Assembly (NCBI GenBank): GCA_050575255.1
Contig: JBNZDD010013673.1
Coordinates: 4,675,091-4,739,090, forward strand
DNA: 64,000 nucleotides
DNA from: Harriotta raleighana
Taxonomy: Eukaryota
Reading direction: 5' to 3'
Part shown: positions 1 through 12,566 of the stretch, piece by piece
How the letters are laid out: each line of letters starts with the position of its first letter
Numbering within the stretch: the stretch's first letter is position 1
Made by a program: the position numbers and the translations under genes
The notes under the pieces: model-generated
What the model was told of the DNA's origin: nothing
Databases searched by the model: none
Seen by the model: the letters and a program-made list of their open reading frames with translations, nothing else

Positions 1-165
1 AATGCTGGAAGCTGTGGTTGAAACAAAAGGCATCAACATGTGGAAAATTGATATGTACATGAAGGAGAAAGGAATAGAGGGAAGAGGAGGGGTGGATTAT
101 AAACACTGGCACAGACTACTTTTGCCGAATTTCCAGTTTCCATGCCATATCATTCTATGCCTTAT
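1..165 (+). mobile_element. CR1 LINE 3' end fragment
   Basis: CR1-like 3' UTR (ctggcacagact...gccgaat) ending in ATTCTATG, the CR1 terminal 8-mer. Confidence 0.6.
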
Positions 166-377
166 GTAAAAGGAAGTAATTTAGTCCATGTGCAAATGCT
201 TTTGCTAGTTCATCCATTATAGACCCTAACCCCAATTATCTAGACTCCCCAAAGTTCTTTTTATATATACTTGATGATCTGTGAGCAGATATTTGGAAAA
301 GAATGTGCTGCTCATCTTTGCACTTTTTCATGCATACAACCATGTATCGGAGAAGCGAGTCCATACAATGCTCATGA

Positions 378-442
378 ACAACAACAACAAAAATTACACT
401 TGTTTAGCACCTTTCACGTCAGGAGGAAGTCCCAAACGCTGA
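378..442 (-). mobile_element. L2 LINE extreme 3' tail
   Basis: (CAA)n plus the reverse complement of the L2 terminal stem-loop seen on longer L2 copies in this window. Confidence 0.7.
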
Positions 443-448
443 ATCATG

Positions 449-690
449 GAATCCTGTAGCTTAGTGGTTAGAGCACTAATCGATTGATGGATCTTTTTTC
501 CAGGAGTAAAATCCCTTAAAAACAATAATTTGGTCACTTAATCAATGACTGTTTGTGGGACACGGCTGTGCGCAATTGGCTACCATGTTTCACCCACAAA
601 ATATACAGTCAGTTGACTGTGCAGTATATTCTGTGAAGCACTTTGAAACATCTCAAAAGACATGATAAGATGCTATATCAGATGCAAGCA
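449..690 (+). mobile_element. tRNA-derived DeuSINE-type SINE, internally deleted
   Basis: A-box head tagcttagtggttagagc, body gactgtttgtgggacac...aattggct, tail gctatatcagatgcaag. Confidence 0.75.
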
Positions 691-859
691 CTTTTTTTTC
701 ATCACTGTGGTGAATACAGAGCTAATGTGATATATCGAGTGTTGCATTGGATGGGATCGGGTAATGTGGGTCTGAGGACACCAGAAAAATGCCGTGTCCT
801 ATGTTTACATCACTTTCTGAATTGATAGTGCTATCAAGCTGTAACTGAAGGTGTTAATT

Positions 860-1200
860 AGCTTCGTCAAAAGTCAGAGGTTATGGTTTCAAGTCCCATT
901 TTATAACATAAGATTTTGATCTCAGCTGATACATTAGGGTAATATTGAGGGACCATTGTCAGAGTGCCATCCTCTGGATAAGATTTTAAACCAAGGTGCA
1001 GTGATGAAGATGATGCAGTGGAAAATGTATTTATTTATTACTGACTATGAAATAAATTCAGTCTGTCCTTCGAATGAAAGTTAATGACTTGATAACATTA
1101 GCTAACAATCATGAAATGGTCATTCACCTCACAGCTGTTGGCAAGTCTTTATGCAAAATGGCTCCTGTGTTTGCCTACAAAAGTTACTATACATGATGGT
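860..1200 (+). mobile_element. Older SacSINE/AmnSINE-like DeuSINE remnant
   Basis: Degenerate Deu-domain motifs (tgccatcctctggataagattttaaaccaagg; aaaatggctcctgtgtttgcctaca). Confidence 0.55.
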
Positions 1201-1215
1201 AATTGAAATGTTTCA

Positions 1216-1963
1216 ACATAAAGCAGAACATTTTCTTAAAAGGAGAAATTAAGAACTGTGGAGGAGCAATTATTCACAAATCACTAAAAACTAGTTCCCA
1301 GGTGCAAAAAGTAATCAAAAAGGTGAATGGAATGTTGGCCTTTATCTCGCGAGGCCTGGAATACACAGGGGAAGAAATGCTGCTTCAGCTGTACAGAGAG
1401 TTAATCAGACCCCATCTGGAGACTGCGTTCAGGTTTGGGCTCCACACCTCAGGAAAGATATATTTGCCCTGGAGGGGGTGCAGCGCAGGTTCACCAGAAT
1501 GTTAGCAGGCCTAAAAGGGTTAAGTGACGAGGAAAGGCTGCATAAAAATGGATTGTTTTCCCTTGAGTTTAGAATGTTGGAGGGTGACTTGATTGAGGTA
1601 TTTAAGATGATGAAGGGATTCGATAGGGTAGATACAGAGAAGCTATTTCCTCTGGTGAGGGAATCCAAAACAAGGGCATAGTCTTAAAATGAGAACGGGC
1701 CATTTAATAGTGAATTCTGGAAAAATTTGACACTCAAAGGGTGGTAACAATCTGGAATTCTCTCCCACAAAAGGCCGTGAATGCTGGATCCATCCTTCAA
1801 GAGTTGGTAGGTGTTTGGTAGGTCAGGGTATTCAGGGATTATGGGCAGAAAGCGGGAAATTGGAATTGAAAGAATTAGTTGAGGTGCAGATCAGCCATGA
1901 TTTAATGAAATAGCGCATCAGGCTCACAGGGCTGAATGGCCTACTCCTGCTCCTATGTTCCTA
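1216..1963 (+). mobile_element. CR1 LINE 3' portion (ORF2 C-terminus and 3' UTR), frameshifted
   Basis: Peptides GMLAFISRGLEY..LLQLYRELIRPHLE and QRRFTRM..GLFSLE.R..GDLIEVFK are typical of CR1 ORF2; tail gggctgaatggcctactcctgctcctatgttcct. Confidence 0.9.
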
Positions 1964-2245
1964 ACATGCTGTAAAAACTCACATTTTCTTCCAAGTTCTT
2001 TACTACATAAAATTGCGAAGGCAGATTTAAGATAAACACTGTGGAGTAATTCTTTACACAGAATAGTTAATAACTGGATTAGGTTGGCAAGAAGAATATT
2101 TGAGGATAGGACAGCAGATGAATTTTAGAAACGCATTTGTTCTGCATTGGAAAGATCATAGTGTGAGTATTCCGAAAGGATGAGATGGACCCAAAAGAGT
2201 CAGCTTCATCCAAATTATTTGTGATTGTGATAGCCTCCTGCACTT

Positions 2246-2570
2246 GGCTCCTATAGCTCAGTGGTTAGAAAACTCGCCTTAGAAGCGTGAGACCTGTTTT
2301 CGAATCCAGGCAGATCAGGGCGAAACCTTGGGCAAGTTTCCTTATTTCACATGCCTCATAATAGACCGTCCCAAAAAAAACCCACAGTAATAAAATTGAT
2401 CATTTCAATCCACGATTGTTTGTGAGACACTGCCGTGCACAATAGGCTGCTGCATTTCGCCCACAAATATAGTCAATTCACTTTATAGTATATATTCTGT
2501 GAAGCGCTATGAGACGTCGATAAACTGTGAAAAGCGCTATATCAAATGCAAGGATTATTATTATATTATT
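2246..2570 (+). mobile_element. Full-length tRNA-derived SINE (Deu-domain 3' part, L2-like tail)
   Basis: A box tagctcagtggt, B-box-like ttcgaatcc, conserved body, tail gcgctatatcaaatgcaagg(att)n. Confidence 0.9.
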
Positions 2571-3166
2571 TGATCTGCTTAAAAGTATTTATTTAGGCTA
2601 ACATGCCTCATACTGCCAACTTACAGGTTTGTTTCTGGCTGGCTTTGATAACTGTTTAACCATCAACCAAAAGCCAATAGTTGCAAGTTTGTAACAGAAT
2701 ATTTCTGTGGCCAGGTTAGTGGTTCATACTCTGGGTTGGCCTGTTTTATAAAGCAGGAAATTGGCATTGTGCTGACATAGGCACAAGGTGTAAATCTCTT
2801 TGTGTGGTAACAGAATACTGTGTGCGTCAGGCTTGTCGTTCAGTTCTGCCCAGCACGTGGAGTAGATCTGGACCAGGCCCCCAGGGCTCAGTTGGTAGAG
2901 CTGCTGTTAATGCTGAAACCATTAAATTGGGATTGGTCCCAGGTTCAGTCCTCTGCTGAATTACCTAATTTATAATCCAGGTCTGTGATAGAAGGTGCCA
3001 CAATTGATTTTATTGACCCAGTGGGTGAAAAGTAACAAGCCTGTTCGTGATTGCTATTCAGTCATTGACCCTGGATAAACAGTGTTTGTAGCTGGAAATT
3101 GAATGAGGACAGAATCTGAAATGGGGTTTCCTCCTCCTCCTCCTCTTTTCTCCCAGCCCCCAATAA

Positions 3167-3239
3167 TCTGACTTCAGGACGTGAACTGAGTATCGTCTGA
3201 TTATCTTGAACGATACTCAGTTCACTTCCTGAAGTCAGA
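3167..3239. repeat. Near-perfect inverted repeat (30-bp arms, 1 mismatch, 13-nt loop)
   Basis: TCTGACTTCAGGACGTGAACTGAGTATCGT (3167-3196) pairs with ACGATACTCAGTTCACTTCCTGAAGTCAGA (3210-3239). Confidence 0.95.
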
Positions 3240-3539
3240 AACTCAGTGGAGATGAGGCATTAGGATTGCGTTATCTAACACAAGTCGCAATCGCTGTTAC
3301 TTGTCTAATAAATGAACAGGTTTCAGCACTGACCATTAATTTCAACTCTCGAATATATGTGGTCTGATGCTGGTCTGTTTGTTCTACGCTCCTTCTGCCT
3401 CACTGAACCTTTAGTCAGCATGCCTCTGTTCTGTAAAACTCTCGACCAATCTCTTTGCGTGTGTCTCTCTCTTTCACAACTCTCTTAAAATGTGTTTGCC
3501 AATCCCTACTTTCTCCCTATTTGTTCTGTGAAAACACCC

Positions 3540-3700
3540 AATTTGCATTTATATAGCGCCTTTCACGCACGTAGCATCTACGAGCACTTAAGAGCATGGT
3601 TTGACACTGAGGGGAGGTGACCGAAGGCAAGGTCAAAGAGGAGAGTTCAGGTGTGATTTCAAAACTGGTAAAGAGGGGGCAAGGATTGAGGCAATGATAA
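3540..3700 (-). mobile_element. L2 3' end fragment
   Basis: ttgcatttatatagcgcctttcac followed by a purine-rich L2 antisense 3' region. Confidence 0.65.
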
Positions 3701-3753
3701 AAGGGGGTTTATAGAATTGTAAATTTTAATTTTTTCTTTATTTTCTTGCACAG

Positions 3754-3819
3754 GGCCTGGAATTACTACTGGATATTAGGCTACTGCATCGCAGCCTGAA
3801 GATGCTCAATGAGCCATGA
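3754..3819 (+). CDS. Probable terminal coding exon of an unidentified gene; frame unresolved (GLELLLDIRLLHRSLKMLNEP*, AWNYYWILGYCIAA* or GPGITTGY*)
   Basis: Strong acceptor tttttctttattttcttgcacag (AG 3752-3753); all three frames stop within 66 nt; followed by about 1.8 kb of repeat-free UTR-like sequence. Confidence 0.5.
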   Translation, partial: GLELLLDIRLLHRSLKMLNEP

Positions 3820-5570
3820 TAGTTGTGGCGACCTGATTTCTATAGCTGCAGACAGATCAGAGGCAGCAAGATATCAGTGTAATATGCCTCATTCTTTTTC
3901 TCTCTTCTTACACTCTTTTTTTCCTCTCAGAACTCTGAAGTGACATTTACTGAACTGTAGACTTAACCTTAATGAGCCTAGCTGTCTGCCATACTTAACA
4001 CAAATCTGGGTTTCCCAAAGTTGAGTGTTTTGCAAATGGATTGTTCAGACAACTGGGCCTTCAGTCTGAAGAAAGGACTTGGCATTCTCAGTATCGCTTT
4101 GCACTTTGTCCAGAGAAATGCTATGAAGAAAATTCATTTGTTGAACATTTTTGGGTGCCATATTGTTTTTGCAAAAGGAGCAGAATTTTACCAAATGCTT
4201 TGATATGTGTAGAAAGTATCATTCTGCCAAAGCCTGTAAAAAGGTACTCAATTCTGGCAGCCTTTCATTGCTTCCCCTGTCCCCCTCCCCCTCTGCGCAC
4301 CTCATCAAATGACTTACGAATGCATATCGGATCTAGGAAAACAAGAATTCCTGAAGACTTTTTGAAAAAGGTTTTTTCTCTTTTTTTATACGTTATATTA
4401 AGGTAGAGCAGTTGATAGAAGGTGGTAGCTGCTTACAAACTAAGATTACATGCAATTCGAGCTGTCGAATGTAGCTAGTTGTATATATCGTCGTGTCTTG
4501 ATTGTATAGTAACCTATTTGAACCTTCATGTGTTTTTCTTAATGTTCTTTGAAATAAATAAAGTAACAGGCTACACTTGCACTAACTGTGAAAAGCATGT
4601 ATTTATGTGTCATCTGCTGTGCCCCTTTCAGACCAATATCAGTCTTTTCTAAAAACAAATCTATAGGTCCAGCAAAAGATTTTCCGTCACTCGTATTATT
4701 TCAGTTCCCTCTTCAAAGATTCAGATTTGTAGACAAAAAGCTTGTCTAGCTTTTTGATTACTCAGTAAACCTTTCTGCCCTTACAGCAGTGTGCCTCCCA
4801 TTTGAATTTGATTTGTTCCATTTTAAAACCCGTGTTTTGGTTAGTTGCAGATATTTGCCAAGGTAACTATTGAATCTCTTTCTCCCTTCTTCCTCCCGCC
4901 ATCTCCTCGATTCTTTTATTAATTATTTGTGAGTTTGTATGAGTTACAGTTTCTCCTCATGTACAGTATTGCTGCACACCGTGATGGTGCCGCTGATTGT
5001 AAGACTCTGTTTGTGCCAATCTCCAGATACACCTGACCAATTCCCCTTTCTCTTTAAACTCGTCAAGCCCATTACTGGCATACAATTGGCAAGATGAAAC
5101 GTAAAGCTTGTTTTTTCTCTTTAAATGATTGGCTTGCACCCACCTTTAATCTGTATAGCATTTGTCTGCAGTTAATGTATGTACTGAATACTATAAACTA
5201 GAATGAAAACCTGACTATAATATTGTGGCCTCACCTGAACTATATTCTACTCTCGCCATCCCAGCTCCCCATAAAGAGATTCAACTGCTTGTGTTTCTCA
5301 CTTCAACATAAGATCTGGTCCAAAGGAGACCTTTTGTCTTTGTGTAAATGTATATTTTGTATAGCTTAATTTAAAGATCTGTTTCTGAGTCATGTGCCCA
5401 GTGTGTCACTGCGAAGCAATTTTCCAGTTGGCAGCTGTGGAACGATATGTAAAGAATGCGAGAACAAGGATTAAGGAGTATTTTGGCATTGGTTGTATTT
5501 GCGAGTATGTGTCCTCACAGCTGTAAACAGTGTTGGGGACAATAAAGACTGATACTTTGAGAGCACTGGA
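3820..5570 (+). other. Probable long 3' UTR with tandem poly(A) signals
   Basis: TE-free and U-rich; AATAAA near 4553-4562 and at 5541-5546; Pumilio element TGTATATA 4480-4487; several conserved-miRNA seed matches. Confidence 0.55.
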
Positions 5571-6759
5571 AGGCAATAATTATATCATGTACTTCTGAAC
5601 CCTGCCTATTTTCCAGTTTAAATGCAAAGTACGTTGTCTGGACAGTTCACCAAGACTGTTAAATGTACAGATATTGTTTATCGGTTCTAGCTCTTACTGT
5701 GGAATGTGCTTAATAAATATTTCAGTTTCAAAATATTTAGCTGGCTGAAAATGATCACTTGTTGCAGACGGCTCGTGAGATCAGATCCCAGAGGCAGTGG
5801 AAGCGGAAGCAAATCAATGGCATAGTGGACTGTGCAGGGAGCTTCCAAAACTTCTTTACCCTTTTCACACATTGTATGAAATGGGGAACCAGCACACCAA
5901 TTACCATGATGAATCCCTACTGATCACTGGAGGTGTGAACTGCTGGCAGTAGAGCTTGGTAATGGCTCCGTCATTGTTCAATGGCAGATGTGATATTTGC
6001 AAGTGACTTTTCCCTTCAAAATGAGTTTGAGAATGTCTTTCCAATTTTGATCATGTTTCTCAACTTTTTTCATTGATGAATTTTAATAAGTGTTGTGGTT
6101 GCTGCTTTGTCCATTTAAGTATGACACGTGTTTGCTATAGATTATAGATTGTTTTTTATAGATTATAGATTGGGCAGAATCCTTTTGCTATTCAAAGCCT
6201 AGTTTCAAGACTCTTTTAAACTTCCCTTACCGCGGATTCCATTGCACCTAATATTCCTCCAGTTTCATATCCTCTGATGAATCCAGCCCTCTCCCACCTC
6301 ATCAGATTCTTCTGCAAAAATGGTTGTGAATGGTACAGTATTCATCAACTCCTATCTCCTTTTCACCCATCCTATAATATAAAGATTTCTATTTAACCTC
6401 TTCTTTGGATAGAATAATTAACTTAATCATTTTAAATTTACATCGGGTGTAATTTGGCCTTTCATATTGGGTGGACATCAGAAAAGTGCTTCACAGACAT
6501 AATCCTCTAATGTAGCACGGGTGCTCAATATAGACCTAGGGCATAGGCGGTAAGAGAAACCAGAGTAAATGCAATAGTGTACCCAACGAGTTGGTAATCA
6601 ATTGCTTCTGACAATGTCAGTTTGAGGAGTGTTACAAGGACCCTCCGGGTATCAGAAAACAGAATCCTATTCTCTGCTGATATTGCTGTATTTGCATGTA
6701 AAGTATTGATATGTTCCTGAATCTGCTAGTTCAGATTGCTTTGCAGATTAATAGAAATA

Positions 6760-6940
6760 TCGATACATAGACATAGAAACAGGAGTACACTACTGTATTT
6801 AGATCCTCAAGCTTGTTCTGCAACTTTATAACATCATGTCTGATCTATACCTCAAGTCCAGTTACCCACCCTTGCCCCATATCCCTTATTACCCTGATCT
6901 AACAAATATTTATCTACCTCTGTCTCAAAACCATCCATGT
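6760..6940 (-). mobile_element. CR1 3' tail remnant
   Basis: acatagaaacaggagta...ccccatatcccttattaccctga is the reverse complement of the CR1 tail at 1800-1963. Confidence 0.6.
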
Positions 6941-8760
6941 GTTCTTCGGGCAGGTTTACTCCGTTAATGGATGATTAACACGCTGTGATGTAAGATATAA
7001 AACCGAGTTACTTTAGAAGCTGTGGTAAAAGTTTGATGTCCAACCTGGGTTCAAATCAATAGGGGATTTTCCCAGAAATAAAGTTTTGCACATTCCAACC
7101 TGAGGTGTGCTACATTAACATTAAATAAATCAGGATTGTGAAAATAGAGGTTTTAACCACTCCACAACCGGCAATGTGTGGTCAGGCCCAATTCAAAACA
7201 CTTTAACTGGAAGGCGTTCAATATTTTATTTGAACCATTTACTTTTTTGTCTTTGCGCATGGCATCCCATCAGATCAATTCTGATAAGGCTTGAATACAG
7301 CAATTGTCTTGAGAATTGTTTCCTTTGAAGTTGAACGGTCAAATTCTGCAAGATGGTGACATTTCTGGGCAGACATTCTTGCCAAGATGGAGTGAGATTA
7401 ATTTATTTTGTCCCCCAGTGTGCAGAGTATTACCCGCATGCCAGTTCCTACATAACTGGGATTTAATGGGTGGCTCATACTTCCTGTCTTCTCCAATACT
7501 TATTTTTGTACAAGCTGAAGCCTGTGAATTTTTTTCAACGTAGGATCAGTAAGTCATTATTTGGTAACTGATCTGTACTGAGTTAGCTCACATCAGCCCA
7601 GAGCAACAGTTGTAGTTACAATTGGCCTCAGCATCTGTAAGGCTTGCGAAAGGTTTTCTTAATCAGTCAGGTTTCCTGATCTGATTACTATACTTTGATA
7701 CCCTTACTGAAATGTGTATACTGTACGTTGAATTAGAACTGGATTGGGCACAGCTGTGATGCCTCCTGAAGTGTGTGGCCTGTTAACATTTGCTATATTC
7801 GCTTGCATCTAGTGACTGCCCACTTGGGAAGCACTCCAAGTACTTGATTCTATTCCTGCCTGAAGGACAATTTTTACACAGAGGAGGTATTTGTTTATCC
7901 ATAAATTCATTAGTCTCTGGAACGGGTTACCAAGAAAGGTGACAGAGGTTAAGACAGCATTTAAGAAACCATTTCCTGTAATGGAAATATCATAGGGTTA
8001 GTGCAGTATTCCAGAAAGATGAGACCAAATGAATGCAAGATCTTCACTCAAGCCTATCTTGGTAAGGGAAAACTATATCTTTGCTGTGGTCTTTATATAA
8101 TCAGAGGCATCTGGTGCACCTTTTCTTTCCAGTTATTTTTAATACAGTTAGTAGTATTTAGAAGCTAACTAAATTTACCCTTTTTGATTACAGTGGGATT
8201 TTGTTGTTCCCTTTCAGAAACGATTCGTGTTTATTGTTTGATTATGCTTTGTATGTTAACTAGATTGAACATTACAGAATTCCTATTTCCAAACAAAGAA
8301 TGTGAAATGCCAGCGATTGTCTGTTGGATAGTATTAAAACTACAGTATATATAAATGATCAGCTTGTTTGACATACCCAGTCATTAGATGCTATATGACA
8401 AATTGAATGAATTACATCAAATTCCCACTACCCTTTTGCCCTGACAAATCATTTATTCTGAGAACTGAACTGTATGTTTTACTAATTTTCCAATTGTCTA
8501 TCCCTCTCTTAAACTTCCCAACCTCCAGATTTGTTTTGGCATCTTTTTGTACATTGTTCACTTGTATCAAAATAGTAATTTTAGGCGTTAACCTAATGCA
8601 TTTCTCCACTGCATTTCATGGGGGCTAATTGAGAATGTGAGTTTCTTGTTTCAAGGGCAACAATCCTCCAGTCAACTTGCTCTTCCGCCTGGTGTTTGGT
8701 GACCTAGCTGTGCACAAAATGGTTGCCATGTTTGCAAACAAATACAGTTGCACAGTTGAC

Positions 8761-8955
8761 AATAATTACCCATTTTTAAAAACAAGTGTGGTCACTTCAA
8801 TCCACAACTGTTTGTGGGATACTACTGTGCAAAATTGGCTGCCGGATTTCACCCACAAAATATACAGTCAATTCACTTTACAGCATATTCTGTGAAGTGC
8901 GGTGAGATGCCTCAAAGACGTGATAAGGCGCTATATCAACTGCAAGGATTATTAT
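8761..8955 (+). mobile_element. tRNA-SINE 3' half
   Basis: ggtcacttcaatccac...aaggcgctatatcaactgcaaggattatt. Confidence 0.8.
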
Positions 8956-9778
8956 AACAATGGGCTCTATATCGATGACAAGTAGTATTTAAATGGGAAT
9001 AGCATGCAATAACGATAATATTTCAATGTGGTTACCAAGCAAGGAAAAGGGCATTTGAGGCTGTTGATTATAGGACAGAGGAATTGAGCAATGGATAATA
9101 GATTAGAGATAAGAGGAGAATGGTAATGGATGTGACTAACTATAGAGTTGAGGAATCATGAAGGGAGTTGGAGGCCAGGATGAAAACATTAGAAGTCTAT
9201 TCACTAGGGAAGAGGAAGCAAGTGAAGCCCGGTGAGGCTGGGGTGAAGTGTTTAGAGCCTGGTACAAGAGAGAATACAGTCAGTCTGTGGAGTATGGGAT
9301 GAGCTGGAGATTACTTCAGTTCACCAAGAAGAAAGAGCAATCAGTAAATCACTTTCAGTTTGAGAAGGAAATGAAAAAAAGTGGCCCACTGCAATAGAAA
9401 TCATCAGCCTATCCAAAATCTCCACCTTTTGAAACCTGCTGGTACATTTAAAAACTCTCCTAAGCTGTTAGGGGAGTGTTGGGTTAGAGAATAGACAACA
9501 TTGGCATTATGTAGGAATGAAGTGTTGCATCAATTGGCTGCCTTGCACTTATTCCATGCAATGCCAAAACAGTGGCACAGGAGGTCTGTGAAGGCCAAAT
9601 TTAGATATCTCCTTTAGGTTGGTCATGCACTTCCTTAGGCAACTTTCTCAATGGTATAGTTTGGTGACTTGTTGAAAATTATACCTTTTTAAAATAAAAT
9701 CGATGCCTTGCAACAGATGGCCTGGTTCAGGATCCACTTCACAAAACAGACAATTGTTAGACATTCAAAATACATGTA

Positions 9779-10194
9779 CAGTAAAAGCTTGGTTATCCAG
9801 CACCCTCGGAACTTGACTGGTGCAGTTTAATCTAATATGCCGGATATTCGAGCGGCAAGTTGCTGAAAATCCTACACAAAACATGAACTTATTTTAAAAC
9901 ATACCATATTAATAACGGACTAAATAATAACAGAATATAGTATGGATACAGTACTTACCAATAAAGCATTGCAGCACACTTGGTAAAATGATAGGTAAAA
10001 TAAAAATTCCAGCGTTCTTTAAGTTTAATAAATGCGCATGCGTAAGCATTGCACGAATGCATAAAGTGAGCATACTCGCCAGTGTCCCGGATGACTCCGG
10101 TATGAGATCCATTTGCTGGAATGCTGAATTGTATTGGAGAAATACCAGTTGGTTGAGTGTTTTGGTTGGGTGCCGGGTAAACAAGTTTTTACTG
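9779..10194 (+). mobile_element. Tc1/mariner-superfamily (Tigger/pogo-like) MITE, complete
   Basis: 27-bp TIRs CAGTAAAAGCTTGGTTATCCAGCACCC and reverse-complement CAGTAAAAACTTGTTTACCCGGCACCC; TA TSDs at 9777-9778 and 10195-10196; second copy at 58833. Confidence 0.9.
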
Positions 10195-10570
10195 TAGTTA
10201 GAAACAGAGTATTGACTACTTCAAGTACTGTCTACTTCAGCCATGAATGCTCAGAGCTCTCTGTAAATCAATGCTTTTCCTGATGTCACTGTATTGTGTT
10301 GACCAGGTTTAAGCCTTGGCGTGAGTAGGTCAGATGGGATGGGATTCACCCCGCTTGCAATGCAGTACTCACATGAGGTCATTGGGCACAATGGCTAGAT
10401 TGGGCTTCTTGGCTTAGTGATCTTCATATGCTCTTGGATTTGGATTCTAGCCATATTTGCCTGGGATGCTGCCACCTACAGATATCCAGCCCATCTTCAA
10501 TCTGCACCAATGAGAGGGAGTGAAGGAGACGATCATAATTAATTTGTACCATGATTAATATCTGCTAATA

Positions 10571-11137
10571 CAGTCAAACCCCAGTGTAGCCAACTCTGCT
10601 TATGACAAACCTCCGGTTTTAATGATCTCAACGGCAAGATCCCATCTTTTCCCAATAGAAATCCGCCCTATTACATCGATCACTTAAACATGATCGTCCC
10701 AGACCGACCCAGATAGAGCAATGGAATTCAGCACCTAAACTGTTAGCCAGGCTTGGTGTTGGTCCGATGGAGCAGCTTTTTTGTTTGGCTTTGATTGTGA
10801 TGTGCTCACTCACTCTCGAATGGTTCTTAGAGCCCAGCATCTGATTAGAAGGTGAGTATGCCAGACTTTTATTGGTGAGTATGCCAGACGTCATTCCCCC
10901 TCCACTTATCGGAGGGGGAATGAAGTGGGTGGCTGTCAGGTAAAATGGGACAATAATGCTGCACTGTACCCGCTCTACAAGGCCCAGCCCTCACACAGCA
11001 GGCCCAGCGGAGATCTTAGATTACTGGTGAATACTGGCGGGGAGGTGTACTTCTTTGACAGCCAAACTCTACTGCAATGATATAACCATCTTCTCTGCCA
11101 GTCCCAATGGTTCGTTATATTTAGTACGGTTCGACTG
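10571..11137. mobile_element. Second Tigger/pogo-like MITE family
   Basis: TA|CAGTCAAACC ... GGTTCGACTG|TA terminal inverted repeats with TA TSD; CpG-richer interior. Confidence 0.7.
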
Positions 11138-11206
11138 TAATTAGTCATGAAATCATTCTTAACAACTAGCTATTTAATGATTTGCAGGGGCTGTAAAAGC
11201 AGTGAT

Positions 11207-11340
11207 TAATAATAACACTTGCATTTGATATAGTGATTCATCCCACCCCCAAGATATCTCAAAGCGCTTCACAATTCACTGTTAAAGTGAATTGATCGTA
11301 TTTTATTGGCAAGTATGGCAGCCATTTGTATGCAGCATTG
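11207..11340 (-). mobile_element. SINE 3' fragment
   Basis: aataataacacttgcatttgatatagtg...ctcaaagcgcttcaca. Confidence 0.65.
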
Positions 11341-11342
11341 AT

Positions 11343-11750
11343 AACAACAACATTACATTTGTAAAGAGTCTTTTACTTTGGGAGGACATCCCAAGGAACT
11401 GATCACTCAGCGATCAGGACCTGAGCCTGGGGGGTGGGGAGGGGAATGCAGTGTTGGGATGAGGGAGGGAAGAGGAGGCAGGAGAGAAGATGAAGACATA
11501 GTCCAAAAAGGAGGATCTTGAATCATATTTTGGAATGAGGCAAGGGATGGAGCAAGCAAAGGGATTGTGTGCTAAAATTCCAAAGACTGGGATTAGAGAG
11601 GCTAAAATTTGACTGCCAATGTTAGGGGGAGTTGGGCGGAGACAGCTGTGTAGGGAACGGACAGGTTGATAGGGTTTCAGTAGGTCGGAGATGTAGGAGG
11701 TAGCAAGGCCATGGAGGGCCTTGAACGTTAGGATGAATATTTGAATTACT
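11343..11750 (-). mobile_element. L2 3' fragment
   Basis: (CAA)n tail, stem-loop, and caaggccatggagggccttgaac typical of antisense L2 ORF2 end. Confidence 0.75.
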
Positions 11751-12490
11751 GTATATGGTAATGGATTTATAATTTGTGGTACATTTGCTAATGGAGAAGG
11801 AGATCTGGGGAGTTTCAGGAGTGGGGGAAAAGTGGCTTTAAGTTTAGCTGCTGATCATGGAGTGGAGTGCAGGGATATGAGGTGAGTCTGAATTGGAGCA
11901 GAGTGAGTGAGGGAATAAGATTGACGAGATCACAGATGAGGGGTGAGGATGTATAGCTAATGAAGTCTTGAAGACAATCCAATGGGAAAAAGGAAGGCAG
12001 CAGTACACAAGAAAAAGTGGGAATACAAAGGACTGGCAACAAATGGATACAAAGAAAGTAGTAAGAACAAAAAGGGAGTATGAAAAAAAAGCTTGCATGG
12101 TATAGAAAACCAATAATAAAAGCTTTTATAATAATAAACAATAATAATCCTTACATTTATACAGTTCTTTCCACATTTTATCGACGTCTCAAAGCACTTC
12201 ACAGAATCTAGAAAGAGAATGGCCAAGGAGAATGTGGGTCTGTTAAAGGCAGATGTAGGTGAGACTATAATGAAAATAAGGAAATGGCTGACTTGTAAAA
12301 TAAATACTTTGCTACCTTTTTTTATATGGGCGATGAGGACAAAATGCCAGGCATACAGGGATCCGAATAATAAGTCAAAGAGAAATGTTTAATAAAATTA
12401 ATATAAATAAATAAAGATAATGGTGAAAATAATGAGACTTGGGATAGATCAATCTCTAGGACCTAATAGTTTCCACCCCAGGGTGCTAAA

Positions 12491-12566
12491 CACCAGGTGA
12501 TACAGCACTGTGGGACGTCCTCCCCATGTGAATGGCAACCTATAAATGTAATTTTGTTGTTATTAT
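12491..12566 (+). mobile_element. L2 3' tail inserted in CR1
   Basis: gggacgtcctccccatgtgaa...aaatgtaattttgttgtt flanked by TAAA duplication (12487-12490 and 12567-12570). Confidence 0.8.

Noticed and set aside
4041-4406. 121-aa ORF as a host gene
   Set aside because: Lies in UTR-like sequence with no recognisable homology, a non-ATG start and no splice support
11815-12226. Hydrophobic minus-strand ORFs resembling membrane proteins
   Set aside because: Translation of purine-rich low-complexity DNA and a SINE tail; hydrophobic in all frames
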